Made by a program: the position numbers and the translations under genes. Positions 1-7,632 of a stretch of DNA of 13,314 nt are shown here, piece by piece. This DNA is from a bacterium (lineage in GTDB: Bacteria > Desulfobacterota > DSWW01). The notes under the pieces were generated by a model that was not told where the DNA came from, searched no databases, and was given only the letters and a program-made list of their open reading frames with translations. The DNA lies in NCBI GenBank assembly GCA_040756235.1, contig JBFLZG010000144.1, positions 1 to 13,314 of the forward strand, given 5' to 3'. How positions within the stretch are numbered: the first letter of the stretch is position 1; each line of letters begins with the position of its first letter.

Positions 1-5
1 CGACG

Positions 6-1442
6 TCAACCCCCGGGGCCGAACTCGTCGCACTCAGCGCCGGCCCGGTGAGCGATCCGCAGAGAGGCCTCCAGGTCCCTGAGCGCCGTGCGGAGACCTT
101 CCTCCACGACCGGGTGGTAGAAGGGCATGGACAGCGCCTCCGAGACGCTCATCTTCTTCTCCATGCTCCAGGCGATCAGATGCGCCAGGTGCTCCACCCT
201 CGGGCCGAGCATTTCGACCCCCTCGATCAGCCCGGAATCGTACGCCCCGTAGATCCGGGCCCGGCCCCGGTCGGCCGCCATGACGCGGCTCCGGCCCTGG
301 CTCGAGAAATCAACTTCGCCGATCCGATCCTCGCCGCACCTCAGCTCCGACCACGGACGCCCTACGGCCGCCATCTGCGGGTCCGTGAAGACGATGGACA
401 AGGCAACCGAGCGCGGCTGCGTCAGCACGTCGGGGTAGCGCGCCGCATTCTCGCCGGCGATCTTGCCTTGTGCGGCCGCTTCGTGCAGGAACGGCCGCAT
501 TCCGTTGACGTCACCGGCCAGAAACACCGGCCTGTCACCGATCTGCATGGTGTGCGGGTCGAACGGAGGGATGCCCCGGTCATCCGGGACGATCCCGGCG
601 CGCTCCAGCTGGAGCCCGCCGAGGTTCGGCCGCATGCCGGCCGCGGCAAGCACTTTCCGGTAGCGTTCCTTCCGCTCCCGTCCCGCTGAGTCAGTGAAGC
701 GGATCTCGACCCCGTCTCCCTCCCTGCGGACCCCGTACAGCTCGTGCTCGGTGTGTAGGTCCAGCTCCCCGGAGAAGATCCGGAGGGCCTCCTCCTTCAT
801 CACCGGGTCGGACAGAGGGCCGATGTCGTGAAGCTTTCCGATGAGCGTGACCCTCACGCCCAGCCTTGCGAGGGCCTGGCCGAGCTCCAGGCCGATGATT
901 CCGGTCCCCAGGACGAGAAGGCTCTCGGGCAGGTCGTCCATCTCGAAGATCTGCTCGTTCGTCATGAGCGCATCGCCGAGCCCGCAGTAGGGCGCGGGGA
1001 TGACGGACTTGGATCCCGTGGCCACGACGACTGCTCTTGCCTGCACCTCCGTGTGCTCGTCCACCCGAATCGTGTCCGGCCCCGCAAACCTGCCGGTCCC
1101 CTGCAGAAAGAGTCCCTTCTCCCTCAGCGCCTCGATCGATCTCAGCACGTCCCCCACGAAGCGATCCCGCTCCCGCTTCACGCGTGCCATGACCCGCCTG
1201 CCGTCCACGGTCACATGCGCCCGCAGGCCGAACAGCTCGGCTTGGCCGGCGGCGTGAGCCGCATCTGCGGCCGCGATGAGCAGCTTGGAGGGCATGCAGC
1301 CCACGCGTGCGCAGGTGGTCCCGAGCGGACCCGGGTCGACGAGCAGGGTGGAAGCCCCCGCCTTCTCGGCCGCCCGCCGAGCCGTCAGGCCGGCCGTGCC
1401 CGCGCCCAGGACCACCACATCCACTTTCCAGGTCGACGTCAT
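6..1442 (-). CDS. lpdA: Dihydrolipoyl dehydrogenase-family pyridine nucleotide-disulfide oxidoreductase (stand-alone E3-like), 478 aa
   Basis: FAD-binding GAGTAG, redox disulfide motif GTTCARVGCMPSK, NAD-binding GTGIIG, LAGD, and C-terminal catalytic FYHPVVEE (HPxxxE). Start moved to ATG 1442 (MTSTWKVDVVVLG) because the upstream 93 codons of the ORF-track call are low-complexity and overlap the NmrA gene. Confidence 0.9.
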   Translation of the reverse strand: MTSTWKVDVVVLGAGTAGLTARRAAEKAGASTLLVDPGPLGTTCARVGCMPSKLLIAAADAAHAAGQAELFGLRAHVTVDGRRVMARVKRERDRFVGDVLRSIEALREKGLFLQGTGRFAGPDTIRVDEHTEVQARAVVVATGSKSVIPAPYCGLGDALMTNEQIFEMDDLPESLLVLGTGIIGLELGQALARLGVRVTLIGKLHDIGPLSDPVMKEEALRIFSGELDLHTEHELYGVRREGDGVEIRFTDSAGRERKERYRKVLAAAGMRPNLGGLQLERAGIVPDDRGIPPFDPHTMQIGDRPVFLAGDVNGMRPFLHEAAAQGKIAGENAARYPDVLTQPRSVALSIVFTDPQMAAVGRPWSELRCGEDRIGEVDFSSQGRSRVMAADRGRARIYGAYDSGLIEGVEMLGPRVEHLAHLIAWSMEKKMSVSEALSMPFYHPVVEEGLRTALRDLEASLRIAHRAGAECDEFGPGG

Positions 1443-1681
1443 TGAGATTCTCTCGAGCTTTGCATGAGAGGCGGGAGGACGAACAGGGCTCTGCGCCACC
1501 TCTCCGCAACGGCCGGACAGCCCACAGAGACAGCCTTGCCCGGGCCGTCTTTCGTCCTTGCCTAACGATGCGGCGTCGTTGAGCCAGGTTCCGGGTGCCC
1601 GCCGTCGTGGTTCGGCACGCGGGCGGGAGGGACCGCCCGGAACACGTGGGCCGGTTCCGCTTGGGCCTCCCGGAAGACTTC

Positions 1682-2629
1682 CTACTCGAGTGGTATTCGG
1701 GCTTTGTTCCGGCTCAGCCATGCGGCGAAGGTTTGGAGTGACGGATTGAGGGATCGGGCGACGTCGGGACTCCGGTGGCCGCAGAAGACCTGCTCGAAGT
1801 CGCGTTTGAACTGGAACATGTTCCCAAGATCATCGGCGCCCGGGAAACCGAAGCTGCGGAAGACTTCGGGCGGCACGTCGTTGTAATGAACCTCTTGACC
1901 CAAGGCCTCGGTCAGCGCGGCAGCCATTTGTGCACCCGTCAGGTGTTCCCCCGCGATGCCGACGGTTTTCCCGATGAGCTCGCGGCCTTTCTTGAAGATG
2001 CCAAGCGCGCACTTGCCGATGTCCTCCGCGGCGATGCCCGGGAGCTTCTTGTCGCCCATGGGCATCGTGATGGCCAGCCTGCCATCCGGGCCGCGCTTCG
2101 GGCCCATGCCAAAGTGGATCAGGTTATCCCAGTAGAAAGAAGTCAGTAGAAACGTTACAGGCAGGCCGAGCCGGGTGAAGATCTGGTTCGCCTCACCCTT
2201 GGCGTCGAAGTGCGGCACCTTGTACTTGCCCATCAGCGTGGGCATCCGGTCATCGCTGAGAGGCACCCACTGGCGCGTATCCTCGAGGGTGGACCAGATC
2301 ACGTGCCGGAGGGCGGCGTGCCTGGCCGCATGGGCCATGGCGGCAGCTTGGGCCAGCTCTTTCTCGGGCGAGAGGTGCGCCCAAAAGAAGGTGACGCAGT
2401 ACGCACCGTAGGCGCCTTCGAAGGCCTTCGCGAGACTCTCCTCGTCATCGATATCGGCCGGGACGACCTCGGCCCCCAGCCTTGCCAGCTCTCGCGCCTT
2501 GTCGGAGTGGACATCCCTCGTCAGTGCGCGTGCGCTGAAGCCGCTATTGTCACTCAGGATGGCCCGGACCAGGCCGCCCCCCTGCGCGCCGGTCGCACCC
2601 GGTACCGCGATGATCTTCTTGTCCGCCAT
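1682..2629 (-). CDS. NmrA/HSCARG-family NAD(P)-binding protein (atypical SDR), 315 aa
   Basis: N-terminal GATGAQGG Rossmann motif, RALTRD, VPHFDAK and EDIG motifs typical of NmrA-like proteins. RBS GAAGAGGG lies just upstream of the ATG. Confidence 0.92.
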   Translation of the reverse strand: MADKKIIAVPGATGAQGGGLVRAILSDNSGFSARALTRDVHSDKARELARLGAEVVPADIDDEESLAKAFEGAYGAYCVTFFWAHLSPEKELAQAAAMAHAARHAALRHVIWSTLEDTRQWVPLSDDRMPTLMGKYKVPHFDAKGEANQIFTRLGLPVTFLLTSFYWDNLIHFGMGPKRGPDGRLAITMPMGDKKLPGIAAEDIGKCALGIFKKGRELIGKTVGIAGEHLTGAQMAAALTEALGQEVHYNDVPPEVFRSFGFPGADDLGNMFQFKRDFEQVFCGHRSPDVARSLNPSLQTFAAWLSRNKARIPLE

Positions 2630-3010
2630 GACAGTCCCTCTTCATTGGAAAACTACGTTAGATCATGAACACCGCCCAGGCTGAATTTGCAGCGCAGGTC
2701 CGGAGCTCGGGCTTCCCAGGACCACTGTCGAATCGTTCGATGAGCGGAGATAGCATTCCGGTTCAGCGGAATGCGTGATCCCGTGTCTTGAAGACTGCGG
2801 CGGGCCAATCGGAAAAAAATTTTATGGACCCGACGTTTCTCGCCCTTTTCCGGCATCTACATAGGGACGAGGTTCACGCCAAGGAGAGCGGGCCCGGAGC
2901 CAAAGGCGACCGGTCGAGCGGATCGACAGCCGTGCACACGCGGCACCACGCTCGCGTCTGGCCGCGAGCGCTGATGCCGGGGGAGAACTTTGCCATAAGG
3001 AGAGGAGCCG

Positions 3011-3838
3011 ATGGACAATCCGACGATGCTCGAGCCGTACCCGGCGGCGCCCGATATTATCGTGCTGCCCTCGTATTTTCCACTGCCGGGGCTCGGTATG
3101 TTGCCTGTAAACGCCTTCGTGCTCAAAGCGGCCGAGCCCGTCCTGGTGGACGCGGGTTTGATCTGTCTCAGTGACGCGTTCATGGAGAATCTGTCCTCAG
3201 TCATCGAACCGGCGCACCTGCGGTGGCTATGGTTGACGCACGCGGATCAGGATCACATCGGCAGCGTTGCGCGCGTCCTCGAATCGGCGCCGGCCCTGCG
3301 GATCATCACCACGTATCTCGGGGCCGGGAGAATGAGCTTGTGCCAACCGCTGCCGACGGATCGGGTCTATTTCCTGAACCCCGGCCAGAGCATCAGCGTG
3401 GGTGACCGCACCCTTACGGCGGTCAGGCCGCCGTCGTTCGACTCGGCAGAGACCACGGGCTTCCACGACCCAAAGGCCGGCGCCTTCTTCTGCGCGGACT
3501 GCTTCGGCGCCATCATGTCGGAGCCTGCGGCCGCCGCGGGCGATATTCCCTGGGCAGACCTGCGGGCGGGGCTGATCAAGTGGGCTACGATCGACGCCCC
3601 GTGGCTGCACATGGTGGATGGCGCCAGGTTCAAGGGAACGCTGGACCGCGTCCGCAAGCTGTCGCCGAAGCTCGTGCTGAGCCACCACCTGCCCGTTGCC
3701 CGCGGCATGGCCGACCAGCTGCTGGACTGCCTGGCCGAGGTGCCGGCGGCGGAGCCGTTCGTCGGCCCCGACCAGCAGGAGTTCGAGGCGCTGACGAGGG
3801 GGGTGGGCGCAGAGCTGCGAGCGTGGCGATCCCACTAA
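3011..3838 (+). CDS. Metallo-beta-lactamase-fold protein (FprA/flavodiiron N-terminal-like, no flavodoxin domain), 275 aa
   Basis: VLVDAG, THADQDHIG (HxDxDH), ADCFG and LSHH metal-ligand motifs. Strong RBS AGGAGAGGAG before ATG 3011. Confidence 0.88.
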   Translation: MDNPTMLEPYPAAPDIIVLPSYFPLPGLGMLPVNAFVLKAAEPVLVDAGLICLSDAFMENLSSVIEPAHLRWLWLTHADQDHIGSVARVLESAPALRIITTYLGAGRMSLCQPLPTDRVYFLNPGQSISVGDRTLTAVRPPSFDSAETTGFHDPKAGAFFCADCFGAIMSEPAAAAGDIPWADLRAGLIKWATIDAPWLHMVDGARFKGTLDRVRKLSPKLVLSHHLPVARGMADQLLDCLAEVPAAEPFVGPDQQEFEALTRGVGAELRAWRSH

Positions 3839-4026
3839 CGGGAGGTTGCCACCGGAGTTTGACGGGTTGCCGCGGCCTTTACCGGCCACGCAGTTGTCCG
3901 ACACTTACTGCCGGTCGCCACGTCACTATTGGAGAAAGCGTCCAGCCTCCAGAGAGATCGCTCGGAAGACCCCTCCTCGAAAGGATGTCGAAAGACACCC
4001 TCGACCGCTGCGGGTTGACAGCGGGC

Positions 4027-4857
4027 TCACGGGCACTTGGGGGCGCCGGCGTAGGCGAACTTGATTCCGTCGAACAGGATGGCGCCTTCGTCCTTGGAGA
4101 GGACCTGAAAGGGAATTCTCTTCGTCTGTCCGCCTGCGTAAGTCACCAGGATGACGCCCCGGGTCTGGTCTCCCTGGATACTCCAGCGCGCCGCTCCCTT
4201 TTGGCTGCTGACACTTCCCCAGACCGGCTCGTCCGTGCCCGAGGCGCTGAACTCGTAGGAGTCCAGATAGCGGCCATCGGGGCACAGTGTAACCGTACGC
4301 TCGGTCCCGGCACTGCCATAGATCGTAGATCCGCTCGAATAGGAATAGTATTCCCCGGCGAAATAGCGCATGAGGCCGGCATCGGCCTGCGCAGCGGCCT
4401 GCGGCGGAGTGGCGGCCGCACCCGGGGAAGAGGAGGGTGGCTTGGGAGCCGTCCCCGGAGAAGGTGGGGGAGGGGACGGCGCACGCTCTCTCCCGTCGCT
4501 TGCCGCCCGGACAAACTCGAGCGAACGGGAAGCAAGCTCGCCGTTCGCATCGGCCTCGACCACCGTGAAGATCAACTGGTCTCCTTCGAGCTCCGCCTCG
4601 AAGTAGGATTGCCCGTCGGCCCCGGTGCACGTTCCGGATGCGATTCCCTCCTCTACGGCACCTTCCAGGCCGAGGCGCTTCCCCTCGGTGCTCGACAGCG
4701 TCCCGGTGATCCGGCCCGAGGCGCTCTGGTCGAGCACCAGAGTGAGCGCGAGGCCGCCGGACTTCATGACATAAGTACCGCGGTAACTTTCACCGAATGC
4801 CGCAGACACGGTCAGCAGCATGGCCATCACCGTTGCCGCAACCATGGACTTGTGCAT
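4027..4857 (-). CDS. Secreted hypothetical protein: signal peptide, beta-rich domain, Pro/Ser/Ala linker, second beta-rich domain, 276 aa
   Basis: Sec-type signal MHKSMVAATVMAMLLTVSAAFG, linker APSPPPPSPGTAPKPPSSSPGAAATPP, protein-like composition, and a G-rich RBS-like run just upstream of the ATG. Confidence 0.8.
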   Translation of the reverse strand: MHKSMVAATVMAMLLTVSAAFGESYRGTYVMKSGGLALTLVLDQSASGRITGTLSSTEGKRLGLEGAVEEGIASGTCTGADGQSYFEAELEGDQLIFTVVEADANGELASRSLEFVRAASDGRERAPSPPPPSPGTAPKPPSSSPGAAATPPQAAAQADAGLMRYFAGEYYSYSSGSTIYGSAGTERTVTLCPDGRYLDSYEFSASGTDEPVWGSVSSQKGAARWSIQGDQTRGVILVTYAGGQTKRIPFQVLSKDEGAILFDGIKFAYAGAPKCP

Positions 4858-4926
4858 TTGCCCCCCCGGATCAGCGGTTTGCGTGCCTGAATCGGCCTTC
4901 CTGCGTCGTCTCTTTGCGCCCCAAGC

Positions 4927-5316
4927 TCAGCCGCCTCGCCTCTCCATTCTTCTGATGAACAGGAAACCCGCAGCGATGAGGAAGCCCCAGAGCCATATGG
5001 CTATTGCGATGTACGACAAAGAAGCACCCAATTGCTCCAGGTTCTTCGCAATCAGATAAGAGCGATTCGCGACGATACCGGCATAGGTCCTCACCTCACA
5101 GCTGCGAAAGCTCACGGACAGGAATCCGGCCATCGCAGGCAGAACGATGCCCAACAGGAACAATCTCTTGAAAATCCTGCCAAGCCGGCCACCCGGCGCG
5201 GCGGCGGTCAGAGCTGCGAAGCTGCGGTGGAGAAGGGCATGGGTTGCGAGACCCAAAGCGAGACAAGCGCCGGCGACAGCAACGTAGGACACGATCAGAT
5301 ACTGCTCGTTAGTCAT
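4927..5316 (-). CDS. Small hypothetical membrane protein (about 3 TM), 129 aa
   Basis: Three hydrophobic segments and a basic C-tail (RRMERRGG). The start overlaps the upstream stop (ATGACTAA, 8-nt overlap). RBS-like GAAAGGG. Confidence 0.78.
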   Translation of the reverse strand: MTNEQYLIVSYVAVAGACLALGLATHALLHRSFAALTAAAPGGRLGRIFKRLFLLGIVLPAMAGFLSVSFRSCEVRTYAGIVANRSYLIAKNLEQLGASLSYIAIAIWLWGFLIAAGFLFIRRMERRGG

Positions 5317-5662
5317 GGCGCCCTTTCAGAACGGCAGTCAGAATCGTGATGAGGAGGAGATAAGCGGTAAGAAACAAGCAGGTCAGACTCAATGCCGAGG
5401 ATAGCCCATCCGCCACCTTCCACACATATTCCATGGTGGCCGCATCCGGCTTCAGGTCAAACGGAACGTCGAATGCTGCGGACAGGGCGATGAACAAGAC
5501 TCCTATACCGAACACACGGGAATAGAAGGTCGCACCCGATGGCAGCCGGATGACCTCGTCCAGGAGCGCTCGGAGGTGCCTGCGGACAAGGGCAGTCACG
5601 ACCAGCGCACTCGCGACCGTGAGTGCGACCAGGACCGCGAACCAGCAAAGATTTTCCGACAT
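5309..5662 (-). CDS. Small hypothetical membrane protein (about 3 TM), 117 aa
   Basis: Three hydrophobic segments. RBS AGGAGG/AGAGGA upstream of ATG 5662. Translationally coupled to the next gene. Confidence 0.8.
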   Translation of the reverse strand: MSENLCWFAVLVALTVASALVVTALVRRHLRALLDEVIRLPSGATFYSRVFGIGVLFIALSAAFDVPFDLKPDAATMEYVWKVADGLSSALSLTCLFLTAYLLLITILTAVLKGRHD

Positions 5663-5833
5663 TCCTCTGTCCTCCTGTCAGGCGGCTAACGAGATCCTCC
5701 CCTCGGTTCCTTCCACAGGGTCGTGACATCGATCTCCTGTCGGCAACGTCCTCTCCAGGCACGGAGCGGTGTCCGCTCCCGCACCTGACTCTGCCATCTC
5801 CCGGGGCAAAAGCCAATCACGTTCGGGTAACTA

Positions 5834-5846
5834 TATCAGTAAGTTG
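5834..5846 (+). promoter_or_regulatory. Putative IHF binding site
   Basis: TATCAG-TAAG-TTG matches the IHF consensus WATCARnnnnTTR exactly and lies in a locally AT-rich intergenic patch. Confidence 0.45.
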
Positions 5847-5958
5847 GAGACAGTTCGAGCTTTTTTGGCATGGGCCTGTCAGATCCGCGGTTGTGCGCGC
5901 GGCATCGTAGGGAGGCGACGGCCGTGGTCGATGTTCATCGGAGAAAGGTGCGAAACGC

Positions 5959-7632
5959 TCAAGTCCCCGGATGGGCAAGGTACTGATGAACCTGCCCGAT
6001 GGCGACCGAGCCCTCGCCGACCGCGGAGGCGATGCGCTTGGCGGCGCCATGGCGCACATCTCCGGCGGCGAAGACTCCGGGGATGCTGGTTTCCAGCGGC
6101 AGCGGAGCGCGGCCCTCCGGCCATGCTTCTCGGGCCGGCCCGCCGTCGACCAGGTCGCGGCCCGTGAGAATGTAGCCCTGCTCGTCTCGGCGGACTGCAG
6201 GCGGAAGCCACTCGGTGTGCGGAACCCCTCCGATCAGGATGAACAGCGCGGCCGCCTCCACCTCCTCCGTCCTGCCGGCGGCGTTGTTCCGCAGGACGAG
6301 GCCTTCCAGAAGGCGCCCGCCACGCGCCTCGATCACTTCAGAGTGTCTGAGCACCTCGATGTTGCGGGTCGCCTGGATCTCCCGGATGAGATAATCCGAC
6401 ATGGATTCTGCGAGGGAACCGCCCCGCACCAGGATGCGAACCTGGCGCGCGTAGCGGGCCAGATGGAGCGCGGCCTGTCCTGCCGAGTTCCCGCCGCCCA
6501 CCACGAACACCTGCTTGTCGCGCATCGCCTGGGCCTCGCTCGCGGCGCTGCCGTAGAAGACACCCGCCCCGATCAACTCATCGGCCCGCGGGATGCCCAG
6601 CCTTCGATAGGTGATCCCGACCGCCAGCAGCACCGCCCGGCTGCTGACCCGCAAGTCATCGCTGAGCATGACGACGCGCTTCCGCCCGTTCACGCGCAGG
6701 CCCACCGCCCTGCGCGAAAAGTTGAAGCGGGCCTGGAACAGCCAGGCCTGCCGGTAGGCCTGCCGCATCAGGTCTCCGCCGCTGATGCCGCGGGGAAAAC
6801 CCAGGTAATTCCGCACGAGCGAGCTGGTGCCCGCCTGCCCGCCCGGCGCTTCCGGCTCGAGCACGATGGTGTGCAGCCCCTCGGAGGCCGCATAGACGGC
6901 AGCCGAAAGCCCAGCGGGGCCTGCTCCGACGATCGCCAGATCAAAGAGCTCGTCCGGGGGATAGGTGCTCACCCCGATGGCCGCGTCCAGCTCCGCGTTC
7001 GTCGGGTTCACCAGCACCTCGGCATTGTAGAGGACGCATACCGGCAGTACGTCGGCACCCGCGTCGACTGCCTTGAGCAGCCGTCTGCCTTCCTCGGTGT
7101 TCACATCGTAGAAGATGTTCGGTATCCCGCCCCGGTGGAGCATGTCCCGAAGCTCGCTCGAGCGGGGCGACCACTGCTCCCCCACGATCCGCACGAACTG
7201 GAACTGGCCCCGATGGACCTGCGCCCACTCTTCGAGAAGCTCGGTGACCGCGCGGTGGAACTGTTCATCGGGAGTGCGGAACGGCTTGGCCATGTAGTGG
7301 TCGGCCTGTCCGAACGTCAGGGTCTGCAGAAGGGTACCGGCGCACGAGATGTCCCCCAGGTCGACCATCAGGGCGCGCTTGGCTTCGGGCACGATCTCCC
7401 GGGCCGCGGACATGAATGCGATCCCGTCCATCCCGGGCATCACCAAGTCGGAAAGGATGAGGGTGACCTCGCGTCCCGCCGCACGCAGGTTCTCCAGCTG
7501 CCACAATGCCTTCGAGGCCGAGCTGTCGCTCGCGATATCGTAGTCGGCTCCGTAACGCCGTGCCAGCTCCCGCTCGACCCGTTGCAGGCTCCCCGGGTCG
7601 TCGTCCACTACAAAGAGCATCGGCTTGGGCAT
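5959..7632 (-). CDS. Response-regulator receiver + glutaredoxin-like + thioredoxin-reductase-like FAD/NAD(P)H oxidoreductase fusion, 557 aa
   Basis: Receiver motifs VVDDD, SDLVMPGMDG and AKP. TrxR motifs IVGAGPAGLSAA, GGQAGTSSLVRNYLGFP, VVGGGNSAGQAA, ETSIPGVFAAGDVR and AVGEG. Strong RBS AAAGGAGG places the start at ATG 7632 (MPKPMLFVVDD) rather than 7782. Confidence 0.9.
   Translation of the reverse strand: MPKPMLFVVDDDPGSLQRVERELARRYGADYDIASDSSASKALWQLENLRAAGREVTLILSDLVMPGMDGIAFMSAAREIVPEAKRALMVDLGDISCAGTLLQTLTFGQADHYMAKPFRTPDEQFHRAVTELLEEWAQVHRGQFQFVRIVGEQWSPRSSELRDMLHRGGIPNIFYDVNTEEGRRLLKAVDAGADVLPVCVLYNAEVLVNPTNAELDAAIGVSTYPPDELFDLAIVGAGPAGLSAAVYAASEGLHTIVLEPEAPGGQAGTSSLVRNYLGFPRGISGGDLMRQAYRQAWLFQARFNFSRRAVGLRVNGRKRVVMLSDDLRVSSRAVLLAVGITYRRLGIPRADELIGAGVFYGSAASEAQAMRDKQVFVVGGGNSAGQAALHLARYARQVRILVRGGSLAESMSDYLIREIQATRNIEVLRHSEVIEARGGRLLEGLVLRNNAAGRTEEVEAAALFILIGGVPHTEWLPPAVRRDEQGYILTGRDLVDGGPAREAWPEGRAPLPLETSIPGVFAAGDVRHGAAKRIASAVGEGSVAIGQVHQYLAHPGT

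Noticed and set aside
1443..1721. N-terminal extensions in the ORF track (also 7633-7782 and 10589-10891)
   Set aside because: The extensions are non-protein-like. Domain starts, signal peptides and RBS positions support the downstream ATGs at 1442, 7632 and 10892.
3580..4890. 436-aa + strand ORF
   Set aside because: It is Arg/Gly-rich, overlaps the MBL gene out of frame, and is antisense to the better-supported secreted protein.
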